Shown here: positions 9,631 through 20,660 of the stretch, piece after piece
Layout of the letters: the number at the start of each line of letters is the position of its first letter
Numbering within the stretch: the stretch's first letter is position 1
NCBI GenBank assembly: GCA_934233745.1
Contig: CAKQGN010000001.1
Coordinates: 397,566 to 461,565 of the forward strand
Direction: 5' to 3'
Length of the DNA: 64,000 nt
DNA from: an uncultured Clostridia bacterium
GTDB taxonomy: Bacteria; Bacillota; Clostridia; Christensenellales; CAG-917
Notes under the pieces: generated by a model
What the model saw: the letters and a program-made list of their open reading frames with translations, nothing else
The model's database searches: none
Told to the model about the DNA's origin: nothing
Made by a program: the position numbers and the translations under genes

Positions 9631-9985
9631 CGAGACGGAACACGAGCCGCAAGGCGGCGAGAAAAGAGAGCGCCGAGCTTGACGGACAGTACAAGCGACT
9701 GCGCCTTTTGGGTGCGAAGCTGGCGCACAAAGCGCAGTGGCATAAATAGAGAAATGTCCCTATCTATGCGAGTGCTGAGTGTTGCCCCACGCGGAGCGGA
9801 CGCCGTGGGTTCCCTCAAAGAATGCAGAGGGGGAACGGCGGTATGGGCGCGACGCGTTAAGCAACACATCCAGTGAATGTGTTGTAGCCAAAGCGAACGA
9901 GGCGGATTGCGGTGCGCAAACGCCGAAGTCCAAACACGTGAGGAAGGGGGAATATTAAATTTAAGACCCGCCGTTCACTTTGAAA
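9631..9985 (+). repeat. structured interspersed element, copy 3 (long form)
   Basis: Same blocks as copy 1, including the optional domain at 9844-9931. Fills the ruvB-queA gap. Confidence 0.85.
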
Positions 9986-9995
9986 AAGGACTAAT

Positions 9996-11036
9996 ATGCA
10001 AGAAAACGAAAATCTAAAAACGCACGATTTCTTCTATGAATTGCCCGAAGAACTCATTGCGCAAACCCCGATAGAGCCTCGCGATCATTCGAGGCTTTTG
10101 GTGTATAATCGTCAAACGGATCAGATACAGCACAAGCATTTTTACGATTTGCCCTCATTTCTCAAAAAGGGCGATTTGCTTGTCATCAACAACACGAGGG
10201 TTATCCCGGCGCGCATTTTCGGGCATATCGAAAACCACGAGAGCGTGCTTGAAGTGTTGCTGTTGAAACGTAAAGATTATACGCATTGGGAAACCATAAT
10301 GAAACCTGCGCGCAAGGCTCGTTTAGGCTCGGTGATTCACTTTTGCGACGAATTGAGCGCAGTCGTGACCGAGATAGGCGATTACGGCGCACGCACGATA
10401 GAATTTCAATTTGACGGTGTGTTCGAGGACATTCTCGACAGGGTGGGCAATATGCCGCTTCCGCCGTACATCAAGGAAAAACTTGCCGACAAAGAGAGAT
10501 ATCAAACCGTGTACAGCAAGATCGAAGGCTCGGCTGCCGCGCCCACCGCAGGTTTGCATTTTACGCCCGAACTTATGCAAAAAATCAAGGATATGGGCGT
10601 TGATTTTGCAACCGTGCTTTTGCACATAGGACTCGGCACGTTCCGCCCCGTCAAAGAGGACAATATCCTTGAACACGAGATGCACACCGAATACTATGAA
10701 ATCGACGAGGAAAACGCCGAAAAAATAAACTGCGCCATAAAAGAGGGTAGGAGAGTCATATGCGTCGGCACGACAAGCGTTCGTACACTCGAAACGGTTG
10801 CCGACGACAACGGATATGTCCGCGCGCAAAAGGGCGACACGAGCATATTTATTTACCCCGGCTACAAATTCAAGTGCGTAAAGGGGCTTATCACCAACTT
10901 CCACTTGCCCGAAAGCACGCTGATTATGCTTGTTTCGGCGTTTGTGGGCAGAGAAAAAACGCTCGAAATCTACCAAGAGGCGGTCAAGGAGAAGTACAGA
11001 TTCTTCTCGTTTGGCGATTCTTCATTTTTTGAATAA
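9996..11036 (+). CDS. queA: S-adenosylmethionine:tRNA ribosyltransferase-isomerase
   Basis: 346 aa. Motifs ..FDYELPEELIAQ-like N-terminus, ..GSAAAPTAGLHFT.., ..GTTSVRTLE.. . Confidence 0.95.
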   Translation: MQENENLKTHDFFYELPEELIAQTPIEPRDHSRLLVYNRQTDQIQHKHFYDLPSFLKKGDLLVINNTRVIPARIFGHIENHESVLEVLLLKRKDYTHWETIMKPARKARLGSVIHFCDELSAVVTEIGDYGARTIEFQFDGVFEDILDRVGNMPLPPYIKEKLADKERYQTVYSKIEGSAAAPTAGLHFTPELMQKIKDMGVDFATVLLHIGLGTFRPVKEDNILEHEMHTEYYEIDEENAEKINCAIKEGRRVICVGTTSVRTLETVADDNGYVRAQKGDTSIFIYPGYKFKCVKGLITNFHLPESTLIMLVSAFVGREKTLEIYQEAVKEKYRFFSFGDSSFFE

Positions 11037-11058
11037 CCGTACCGCCCGACTCTTGTAG

Positions 11059-12210
<1,152 letters not shown>

Positions 12211-12339
12211 GACTCTGAAACATTAAAAATGCTTTAATAATGCCACAAAATGTACGATTTTTGTTGCAAAACTATAATAAATCGTGTAACATTGAATCAT
12301 CAAAATAGAATAACCGTATAGGTGAATAAAGGAGCAAAT

Positions 12340-12864
12340 ATGTTTAATTTCTTCAATTCTTTGCTGCTTGCGGCGGCAGAAGGCGAAAATTCAGGTGCAA
12401 CCAGTTCAGGCAACAACAGAGGATGGATCATGTATGTCGTCATCGGCGTTGTTCTTGTGCTTATGATCGTTCTTACGATCGTTCCTCAAAAGAAACGTCA
12501 AAAAGAACAACAAAACATGATGAACAGTCTTTGCGTCGGCACAAAGCTGATGACAGTGGGCGGCATTGTGGGCAAGATCACTCAAGTCAATGCAGACAAC
12601 ACTCTCATCGTCAATGTAGGCACGGAAGCCAACCCCACTTTGATCGTCATCGACAAGAAAGCTGTCGGTTATGTCCTTGAAAAGGTTGCTGCACCCGTAC
12701 AGGAAACAGCTCCTCAAGAGCCCGCGGCAGAAGAAGCAAAGGCCGAGGAAACAACTTGCGACAACAACTGCGACGCATGCCGGGAAAAGGCAGATTGCGA
12801 CAAAGCAGTGAGCGGTGAAGTTGTGGAAGAGACCTCGGACGCCACTCAAGACGAAACCAAATAA
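12340..12864 (+). CDS. yajC: preprotein translocase subunit YajC with a long acidic/Cys-containing C-terminal extension
   Basis: One TM helix followed by the YajC core (..LCVGTKLMTVGGIVGKITQV..). ATG at 12340 behind the AAAGGAG RBS. Conserved position after tgt. Confidence 0.8.
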   Translation: MFNFFNSLLLAAAEGENSGATSSGNNRGWIMYVVIGVVLVLMIVLTIVPQKKRQKEQQNMMNSLCVGTKLMTVGGIVGKITQVNADNTLIVNVGTEANPTLIVIDKKAVGYVLEKVAAPVQETAPQEPAAEEAKAEETTCDNNCDACREKADCDKAVSGEVVEETSDATQDETK

Positions 12865-12882
12865 GTTTTGGAAAAACACACG

Positions 12883-12909
12883 AAAAAGCACGCATCGCGT
12901 GCTTTTTTT
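12883..12909. terminator. bidirectional intrinsic terminator between the convergent yajC and membrane-protein genes
   Basis: AGCACGC-ATC-GCGTGCT hairpin flanked by an A-run and a T-run. Confidence 0.7.
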
Positions 12910-12939
12910 GTTGCTTAGTGTGACATAGTTTTTCCGAAA

Positions 12940-13353
12940 TCATGCTTTTTTCGATTTTACGTTGACCGTGATTATGCCGCTTATCGCGCCGGCAACGGGC
13001 AGAGTGATGAGGTCTATCCAGCTGAAAGTCACGTCCTTGAAAGAGTTTAGGGCAGAGAATATCAAAAACGTAAACAACATATACACAAGCCCGCTTATCG
13101 TGCCTTTTACCAGTCCGTTTTGAGGGTTTTTGAACGCAATCATGACGCCGACAAGCAACGACAGAATTTTGATTGCGATATTGACGGGCATGATAACCTT
13201 GTTTTCGACGTTTGCAAATCGGATTACGATTGCGAAAATCAACACCATACCGAGGGAAATCAGGGTTGCAAACAAAACTGCTTTGAGGACGTCCGTGACG
13301 TCGGTTTTTATATTTTTGGCTTTTTCCATACCACAAACTATGACTTTTGACAA
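12940..13353 (-). CDS. small 4-TM membrane protein, TIGR04086/YrzE-like
   Basis: 137 aa with four hydrophobic segments. Same neighbourhood (next to yajC) as B. subtilis yrzE. Confidence 0.6.
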   Translation of the reverse strand: MSKVIVCGMEKAKNIKTDVTDVLKAVLFATLISLGMVLIFAIVIRFANVENKVIMPVNIAIKILSLLVGVMIAFKNPQNGLVKGTISGLVYMLFTFLIFSALNSFKDVTFSWIDLITLPVAGAISGIITVNVKSKKA

Positions 13354-13475
13354 AAATATATGTCTTTTTGTGCAAAAAATACAACTTAAATTGGCGCAAT
13401 CGCATCATATTTTCTTGACTTGACAAGGTGTTATAGTTATAATATCTATGTTTTACTATATGGAGGACTAGTCCT

Positions 13476-14840
13476 GTGAACAAGAAGAAGTCAATAGTCA
13501 TCTTGTGTATAGTGAGTGTATTCATAATTCTCATGGCAGTGTTTGCAGTGTTGCCCACCTTCCCGATCGGCAACACGGTTTATGATTACACCGGTTACGC
13601 AAGGACAATCAAACTTGGTTTAGATATGTCGGGCGGTGTGTCCGCTGTCTTTAGAGTCGCAAACGACGATCACGGCGATTTCGACACGCGCGTCAACGGC
13701 ACAATAAGCTCGCTTCAAAGTTTGCTCGTGTCAAAGGGTTACACCGAGGCGACGGTGACAAAAGGCTCGTCGGGCGACACCACGACAATCCGCGTCGAGA
13801 TCCCCGACGTTGACGATCCCGAAAAAGTGCTCGACCTTATCGGACGCCCCGCGTCGCTCTACTTCACCCTCGAAGATCTCGGCAACGAGGCAAGCAACAC
13901 CGACCTTGAAAAGAAAGCGTTCCTCAACGGACGCGAACACCTTGAAAACGCATACGTCACAACTTCCGACAACGGTCAATACGCAATCGGTTTGAAGTTC
14001 AACGACAAGGGTGCAAAGAAGTTTGGTGAAATCACTTCCGCAAACAAAGGCAAAAAGACCTACATCTACGTTGGCGGTCAAAAGATTATGGAGCCGACAA
14101 TCAATGCGGCAATCACCAACGGTTCGGCAATCATCACCGGCAACTACACCTATCAATCGGCATACGACTATGCAACAAAGCTCCAATCGGGCACGTTTGG
14201 CGTCACTCTCCAACTTGCCGAAATCAGAAACATCTCGGCAACGCTTGGTGAAAATTCCATTCGCACGGCACTCATTGCAGGTATTGTCGGCGTCGCACTC
14301 ATCTTCATCTTTATGGCATGCGTGTATCGCGGACTCGGACTTGCTGCCGATCTCTCGCTTTGCGTTTACATCGTGTTGCTCATCTGGTTCTGCGCAGTGC
14401 TTCCTTGGGTGCAACTCACTCTCCCGGGCATTGCGGGTATCTTGCTCTCAATCGGTATGGCTGTCGACGCAAACGTCATCATCTTCGAGAGAGTCAAGGA
14501 CGAATACAAACACTCGACAAAACCGATTTCAACTTGCATAAAGATAGGCTTCAAGCGTTCTGCCGGCGCAATCGTCGACGGTCAGGTCACAACCCTTATC
14601 GGCGCAATCGTGCTTTGGGTGCTCGGCTCTGCGTCGATTGTCGGCTTTGCGGTGACGCTGTTTATAGGTATCTTGCTCTCGTTGTTCTGCTCGCTCGTCG
14701 TGACAAGACTCGTACTCAAAGCGTTTATGCCGCTCAACAGCACAAGCGAAAAGTTCTACGGTTTGAAACGCGTCAATGAAGACGAAAAAGAAGAAGACGC
14801 AAAGAGTGTATCCGCAAAACTTGCAAAGGAGGAGGCGTAA
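13476..14840 (+). CDS. secD: protein translocase subunit SecD
   Basis: 454 aa. GTG start behind GGAGGA. Periplasmic domain plus a C-terminal 5-TM bundle (..GIAGILLSIGMAVDANVIIFER..). Confidence 0.9.
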   Translation: MNKKKSIVILCIVSVFIILMAVFAVLPTFPIGNTVYDYTGYARTIKLGLDMSGGVSAVFRVANDDHGDFDTRVNGTISSLQSLLVSKGYTEATVTKGSSGDTTTIRVEIPDVDDPEKVLDLIGRPASLYFTLEDLGNEASNTDLEKKAFLNGREHLENAYVTTSDNGQYAIGLKFNDKGAKKFGEITSANKGKKTYIYVGGQKIMEPTINAAITNGSAIITGNYTYQSAYDYATKLQSGTFGVTLQLAEIRNISATLGENSIRTALIAGIVGVALIFIFMACVYRGLGLAADLSLCVYIVLLIWFCAVLPWVQLTLPGIAGILLSIGMAVDANVIIFERVKDEYKHSTKPISTCIKIGFKRSAGAIVDGQVTTLIGAIVLWVLGSASIVGFAVTLFIGILLSLFCSLVVTRLVLKAFMPLNSTSEKFYGLKRVNEDEKEEDAKSVSAKLAKEEA

Positions 14841-14841
14841 T

Positions 14842-16044
14842 ATGAAAAACAGTAACTTCCGCAATCTTTGCAAAAATTACAGCGTTTGCAAAAATGCAAA
14901 ATATATGGCAATCGTGCCCTTCGTAATCGTGCTTGTGGCAGTCATCATGATTGTTTCGCTCGGCGCGACTTCGGGCAGCTACTCGGACGCAGTCGGCATT
15001 GGTATCGACTTCGAGGGCGGTACAATTCTCACCGTCACGCTCGGCAAAGATATTTTGAACGATTCGAAATACGAAAGCGAAGGCAACGCAATCAAAAGTA
15101 TTATCGAAGGTGTTGCAGTGGACGGACAACACGTTGTCGTCAGCTATATGCAACGTCAGGAAGCAAACGACAACGACAAAACCGCTATCGTTTTCAGATA
15201 CAAAAACGTCTTTAAGGACGACGCCAAAATCGAGGAAATGAACAAGGCGATCAGAAAAGCCGTTGACGATTATGTCGATCCCAACGTTTCGCTCACGGAC
15301 GCAAACAAGATCACATACGAATCCATCGGCGCAACCGCCGCTGCGGATTTGCTCTCCAAAGCAGGTATCGCTCTTGCCGTTTCAATCGCATTGATCCTTG
15401 TGTACATCATGATTCGATTCACGTTTACGAGCGCAATCGCGGCTGTTGTCGCATTGCTCCACGACGTCGTCGTCATGTTTGCTCTCACGGTCATTTGCAG
15501 AGTGCAAATAAACAGCTCTTACGTTGCGGCTATGATTACGATCGTTGCGTACTCGATCAACAACACAATCGTCATCTTCGACCGTTGCCGTGAAACCATC
15601 AAACCGCTCAAAGGTCAAAAGGACATCGATTACAAGGGTATAGGCGATATGGCTGTTCGCTCGTCGCTCACTCGTACGGTTTACTCCACGTTGACGACTA
15701 TGGTCACCATCATCTTCCTCGCAATCCTCGGCAGTGACACGATAAGAGAATTCTGCGTGCCTATCATCCTCGGTTTGCTCGCCGGTTTGTTCTCGGCAAC
15801 ATGTCTTGCGACTCCGCTTTGGGCAACGCTCAGCATCTCCTTTGACAAGACAAAAGCAAAGTATGCAAAACGCAACGCCGTGACTTACGATAAGAAAGAT
15901 GACTCCGACGACGAAATCTCTGTCGATGAGGACGGTGAACAAATCGTAAAACAGCAAGTCAAACAGGCAGGTCAACAAAAGCAAAAACAAAACGTCGTCT
16001 ACAAATATTCAAAGAAGAACACGACGTTCAAAAAGAAAAAATAA
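14842..16044 (+). CDS. secF: protein translocase subunit SecF
   Basis: ATG at 14842 behind AGGAGGAGG. SecF TM bundle (..VVALLHDVVVMFAL.., ..AYSINNTIVIFDR..). Lys-rich C-terminal tail. Confidence 0.9.
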   Translation: MKNSNFRNLCKNYSVCKNAKYMAIVPFVIVLVAVIMIVSLGATSGSYSDAVGIGIDFEGGTILTVTLGKDILNDSKYESEGNAIKSIIEGVAVDGQHVVVSYMQRQEANDNDKTAIVFRYKNVFKDDAKIEEMNKAIRKAVDDYVDPNVSLTDANKITYESIGATAAADLLSKAGIALAVSIALILVYIMIRFTFTSAIAAVVALLHDVVVMFALTVICRVQINSSYVAAMITIVAYSINNTIVIFDRCRETIKPLKGQKDIDYKGIGDMAVRSSLTRTVYSTLTTMVTIIFLAILGSDTIREFCVPIILGLLAGLFSATCLATPLWATLSISFDKTKAKYAKRNAVTYDKKDDSDDEISVDEDGEQIVKQQVKQAGQQKQKQNVVYKYSKKNTTFKKKK

Positions 16045-16055
16045 CAATCAGATTG

Positions 16056-16085
16056 CGCCCTCACAAAGGTGAGGGCGTAGTTTTA
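16056..16085 (+). terminator. intrinsic terminator after secF
   Basis: CGCCCTCAC-AAA(G)-GTGAGGGCG hairpin followed by a T-rich tail. Confidence 0.65.
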
Positions 16086-16092
16086 TGATTTT

Positions 16093-18387
16093 ATGAGATA
16101 CGTTGTAAAAACTCCTCGATTTCCACTCACAAGCGAAAATGTTTCGCTTGCAAAGCGTCTTGGGATTTCCCAAGACTTTTTGCGCTTGCTCCTGGGAAGG
16201 GGAATGAGCGAGGATTCGCTTTACGACTATTTGCATCCGTCATTGGACAAACTGTCCTCTCCGTATGAGATAGACGGGATGAAAGAGGCAGTCGCGCGTA
16301 TCGAAAAAGCCATTAAAAACAAAGAAAAAGTGCTGATTTACGGCGATTACGATTGCGACGGCATATGCGCAATATCGACGCTCATGTTGTACTTGCGCGA
16401 CAAACTCAACGTGTTCTACTTCATTCCCGACAGAAACAAAGACGGCTACGGGATAAGCATCGAAGCACTTGAAAAGATACTTGCGTATCATTCGCCGAAA
16501 CTTGTTATAACCGTCGATACCGGCATAACCGCAATCGATGAAGTAGAGTATCTGAAATCGAGGGGTATCGAAACCATAGTCACCGATCACCACGAGCCGC
16601 AGGACAAAATCCCCGATTGCATAGTTGTCGACCCCAAGGTTGCGAGGAAAGGTTTTTACGACTTGTGCGGCGCAGGAGTCGCACTCAAACTCGTGGAAGC
16701 TCTCGGCGGCAGAGAAGAGGCAAAGAAGTATCTCGATATAGTTGCTATCGCAACCATTGCCGATGTCGTGCCTCTTAAAGACGACAACAGAATCATTGCG
16801 TATTACGGATTGAAGCAAATCACCGCTTCGCCGAGAAAGGGTGTAAAAATGCTTCTCAATCAGCAGAGTGTGTCGGCAACCGACGTTATGTTCCGCCTCG
16901 CTCCCAGAATGAACGCTGCGGGCAGACTCAATTCGGCAATGAAAGTGGTGGGGCTTTTCCTCGAAAACGATTATTTTCTGTTGAGAACGCTTACGGACGA
17001 ACTTGCAAGAGATAACGCCGCCCGTCAGGAGCTTTGCGAAAAAGCGGTTGACAGGGCAAAGGCGCAACTTGCAGGAACAGACTTCAACGACGTCGGAATC
17101 ATCATCCTCAAAAACAAGGATTGGGAACCGGGTATATTAGGTATTGCGTGCGCGCGACTCGTCGAGGAGTTCAAACGCCCGACGATTTTGTTTGCAAACA
17201 CCGATGACGGTGAACTCAGAGGCTCGGCACGCTCCATCCCGCAAGTCAATATTTTTGAAACTTTATGTGCGCTCAGCGATTATTTTACGGGCTTCGGCGG
17301 TCACGCTCAAGCGGCGGGAATATCTATGGACGAGAGCAAATTCGACGACTTTGTCAAAGCGGCAAACGAGCTTATATTGTCATCGCATGACAAAAAAGAA
17401 TTTACGCACGAAATTTGTTGCGAGATGGAATTGCCCATCGACATGGACTTTTTGTCGTTTGCAAAAGAGCTTGAACTTATGGAGCCTACCGGATATCAGA
17501 ATCCTCGTCCCACTTTCCTTGTAAAAGGGCAAGGACTGAGATTTGACAGAATAGGCTTTTCGCAACACGTCAAATATGTTGCGCCCAACATCGAGCTTAT
17601 GGGATTTTCAAAGTTTGCGCCGTGTCTTTCGGCAAGAACCGGCAAGGTGGATTTTGAAATATCCCTCGGTATAAATGCGTTTCAAAACAGAGAATCCGCA
17701 CAAGGAATCATCCAATCTTTGCAGTTTGAAGACATAGAACTCGACGAGGACGAGTCTGTTTGCATGAACTTGCATCAACTCTCTTGCGCAGGCAGTGCGG
17801 ATTTTCCCAAAACGGACTTTAAGTGTGTAAAAGAGTGGCTTAAAGAGCCGTTCGGGACGGCAATTGTGTGTTTTTCAAGAAGCGAATACGAGGAGTTATG
17901 CTCAAAGGACGAGAGTATAAAAGCCCTTCCGGTGCTTATTGCGACGCCGCGTTGTCTTAATCCCGAAAACTGTGTTATAGTGTGTCCTGCTCAGTGCTTT
18001 GATTTTTCGTTTTACAACAGAGTGGTGGTTTTCGGACATCCGCTTTGCGAGGGGTATCTTGCAAAACTTCAAAAGGAAACGAAAGCGTTGTTCGCTTTGG
18101 GTGACTGCTCTGCAAAACCTATCTCGGTGAGCAAAGACGTTTTGCGCAAAGTGTACAAAGAAATCGTCAACGTTGCGCATCGCACGCCCAAACTTGCAAG
18201 TCCGCACAGGGCGTATGTCGCAGTATGTTCGGGATACAAAGTTCCGCAAAGCGTGTTTATGCTTGCGCTTCGTATTTTCGACGAGGTAGGCACTGTAAAA
18301 ATCAACGAAAAAGGATTTTTGCACATTTCGGCAAAATCCGTTAATCTCGACGACAGCATTGCATATCGCAACACCGATCACGAATAA
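16093..18387 (+). CDS. recJ: single-stranded-DNA-specific exonuclease RecJ
   Basis: 764 aa with DHH-family motifs (YGDYDCDG, TVDTG, VTDHHEP) and a DHHA1 region (GGHAQAAG). Confidence 0.9.
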   Translation: MRYVVKTPRFPLTSENVSLAKRLGISQDFLRLLLGRGMSEDSLYDYLHPSLDKLSSPYEIDGMKEAVARIEKAIKNKEKVLIYGDYDCDGICAISTLMLYLRDKLNVFYFIPDRNKDGYGISIEALEKILAYHSPKLVITVDTGITAIDEVEYLKSRGIETIVTDHHEPQDKIPDCIVVDPKVARKGFYDLCGAGVALKLVEALGGREEAKKYLDIVAIATIADVVPLKDDNRIIAYYGLKQITASPRKGVKMLLNQQSVSATDVMFRLAPRMNAAGRLNSAMKVVGLFLENDYFLLRTLTDELARDNAARQELCEKAVDRAKAQLAGTDFNDVGIIILKNKDWEPGILGIACARLVEEFKRPTILFANTDDGELRGSARSIPQVNIFETLCALSDYFTGFGGHAQAAGISMDESKFDDFVKAANELILSSHDKKEFTHEICCEMELPIDMDFLSFAKELELMEPTGYQNPRPTFLVKGQGLRFDRIGFSQHVKYVAPNIELMGFSKFAPCLSARTGKVDFEISLGINAFQNRESAQGIIQSLQFEDIELDEDESVCMNLHQLSCAGSADFPKTDFKCVKEWLKEPFGTAIVCFSRSEYEELCSKDESIKALPVLIATPRCLNPENCVIVCPAQCFDFSFYNRVVVFGHPLCEGYLAKLQKETKALFALGDCSAKPISVSKDVLRKVYKEIVNVAHRTPKLASPHRAYVAVCSGYKVPQSVFMLALRIFDEVGTVKINEKGFLHISAKSVNLDDSIAYRNTDHE

Positions 18388-18515
18388 AATCGGCGTGATT
18401 TTTTTGTGATTTAGGCTTTTTGGCGTATTGCAATGTTTTGTTTTATCAAGTATAATAATATATTATCGACAAACGATTGCTTTTGACGGCAATCCGATGC
18501 CGATACACCGAAAGT

Positions 18516-20660
18516 ATGGACGAATTGCTTGTAAAACTCAGAAAAACCTATCCTACAAATTATGCGGAAATAAAAAAAGCGCATGATTTTGCCGAGGAAG
18601 CGCACCGCGGACAAAAGAGAAGTTCGGGGGAGGATTACTTTATCCATCCCTGCGCGGTCGTTGAAATTCTCGCGGATTTCGGCTTTGACTCATCAACGGT
18701 CATAGCCGCGTTTTTGCATGACGTTTTGGAAGATACGTCCGTCACGTATGACGAACTGCGCGAGCAATTCGGCGACGAGATTTGCGAGCTTGTCGAAGGC
18801 GTAACAAAACTCGACAAACTTCAATTTGTCAACAGAGAAGAGGCGCAGGCGGAAAATTTCAGAAAGATTTTCGTCGCAATGGCAAAGGATTTGAGAGTTA
18901 TCATCATCAAACTCGCCGACCGTTTGCACAATATGCGCTCCCTTCAGTATTTGCCCGAAGAAAAGCAAAAACGCATTGCAAAAGAGACGCTCGATATTTA
19001 TGCTCCGCTTGCTGGCAGACTGGGTATTTCCTTCTTCAAGTGCGAACTCGAAGATTTGTCGATGAAATACCTGTTGCCGACGGAGTATAAATACATTGCC
19101 GAAAACGTTGCGAAAAAGAAGTCCGAAAGACAAGGTTTTCTTGACGCAATTTGCAAACAAATCGAGGACAAGCTCAAAGAAATGGGCATACACGGCGAGG
19201 TGAACGGCAGACCGAAACACTTTTATTCCGTGTACAAAAAAATGCATAATCTGCATATCGATATAGATCAGATTTACGACTTGCTTGCCGTCAGAATCAT
19301 AGTTGACACCGTCAAGGACTGCTACACTATGCTCGGCGAAATTCACACGATGTGGAAGCCTATGCCGGGGAGGTTCAAGGACTACATCGCAATGCCCAAG
19401 GCAAACAACTATCAGTCACTGCACACCACCGTCGTGACGCAGTACAACGAAACTTTCGAGATTCAAATCCGCACTTACGAAATGCACAAAGTGGCGGAAT
19501 ACGGCGTTGCGGCGCACTGGAAATATAAAGAGGGCACGACGGGCAAGGACAGCGAGCTTGACAGCAAAGTGCGTTGGCTACGCGAGGTTATGGACGCTCA
19601 AAAGGATATCGACGGCGCAAAAGAGTTTATGGACGCCGTCAAAATCAACGTCTTTGACGATGAGGTTTTTGTGTTCACGCCAAAGGGCGACGTTTTCGAT
19701 TTGCCGGTAGGCTCCACGCCTTTGGATTTGGCGTACAAAATTCACTCGGCAATCGGCAATAAGTGCATCGGCGCGAAAGTCAACAAGCGTATGGTGCCGT
19801 TTTCCACAAAACTTCAAAACGGCGACATCGTTGAAATTATCACCTCCAATTCCTCAAAAGGTCCGAGTCTTGACTGGCTCAAGTACGTGCATACCGCGTC
19901 GGCACGCTCCAAAATCCGCGCGTACTTCAAAAAGGAAAAGAAGGACGAAAATATCGCTCGCGGCAAGGATATGCTTGAAAAAGAGGCCAAACGCAGAGGG
20001 TACGCTCTTGCGGATATATTTACGCCCGACATTTTGTCAAGCATTCTTCAACGACACGCAATGAGCAGTGAAGACGACTTGTATGCCGCTGTCGGTTTCG
20101 GCGGTCTTACGACAAGTCAGGTTCTCACAAAAATCATTCAGGACTTCAAAAAAGAAGACCACACGCTCATATCGCAAGACGTCGCAAACATACCGATCAC
20201 CGAGCAAAAACCGAGAAAACACTCAAAGAGCGGCGTTTTGGTCAACGGCAACGCAAACTTCACAGTGCGTATGGCGCAGTGTTGTTCGCCTGTGCCGGGT
20301 GACGATATTGTCGGCTATATCTCGCGCGGAAGAGGCGTTTCGATACACAGAAAAGATTGCCCCAACGTCAAAGGGATGGAAGACGAAAGACTCATACAAG
20401 CCAGTTGGGACATCGACGGTGAGGAAAGATTCAACGCAACTCTTACGCTCATTTGCGAAAACAAGGGCGGTTTGCTTGCGACAATCACGGCGCATATCGC
20501 AAACGCAAGGCTCGGTATATCCGCCGCAAACGTGCGCGTCGACGAGAAAGCGGGTATTGCGGAAATCCTCGTTACGGTGCAAATCACAAAGGGTAGCGAA
20601 CTCGAAGAGCTTGTAAAACAACTCCGCTCGATAGACGGCGTTATCGAGGTGAGAAGATGA
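18516..20660 (+). CDS. relA: bifunctional (p)ppGpp synthetase/hydrolase RelA/SpoT
   Basis: HD domain (HDVLEDT), synthetase domain, TGS and C-terminal ACT domains. MDELL.. is taken as the start within the longer ORF. Confidence 0.95.
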   Translation: MDELLVKLRKTYPTNYAEIKKAHDFAEEAHRGQKRSSGEDYFIHPCAVVEILADFGFDSSTVIAAFLHDVLEDTSVTYDELREQFGDEICELVEGVTKLDKLQFVNREEAQAENFRKIFVAMAKDLRVIIIKLADRLHNMRSLQYLPEEKQKRIAKETLDIYAPLAGRLGISFFKCELEDLSMKYLLPTEYKYIAENVAKKKSERQGFLDAICKQIEDKLKEMGIHGEVNGRPKHFYSVYKKMHNLHIDIDQIYDLLAVRIIVDTVKDCYTMLGEIHTMWKPMPGRFKDYIAMPKANNYQSLHTTVVTQYNETFEIQIRTYEMHKVAEYGVAAHWKYKEGTTGKDSELDSKVRWLREVMDAQKDIDGAKEFMDAVKINVFDDEVFVFTPKGDVFDLPVGSTPLDLAYKIHSAIGNKCIGAKVNKRMVPFSTKLQNGDIVEIITSNSSKGPSLDWLKYVHTASARSKIRAYFKKEKKDENIARGKDMLEKEAKRRGYALADIFTPDILSSILQRHAMSSEDDLYAAVGFGGLTTSQVLTKIIQDFKKEDHTLISQDVANIPITEQKPRKHSKSGVLVNGNANFTVRMAQCCSPVPGDDIVGYISRGRGVSIHRKDCPNVKGMEDERLIQASWDIDGEERFNATLTLICENKGGLLATITAHIANARLGISAANVRVDEKAGIAEILVTVQITKGSELEELVKQLRSIDGVIEVRR

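Noticed and set aside
12340-12864. The Cys-rich C-terminal extension of YajC (CDNNCDACREKADCDK) might be a separate metal-binding or RiPP-like peptide.
   Set aside because: It is in frame and contiguous with the YajC core. There is no separate start or RBS and no maturation genes nearby. It is most simply a lineage-specific tail.
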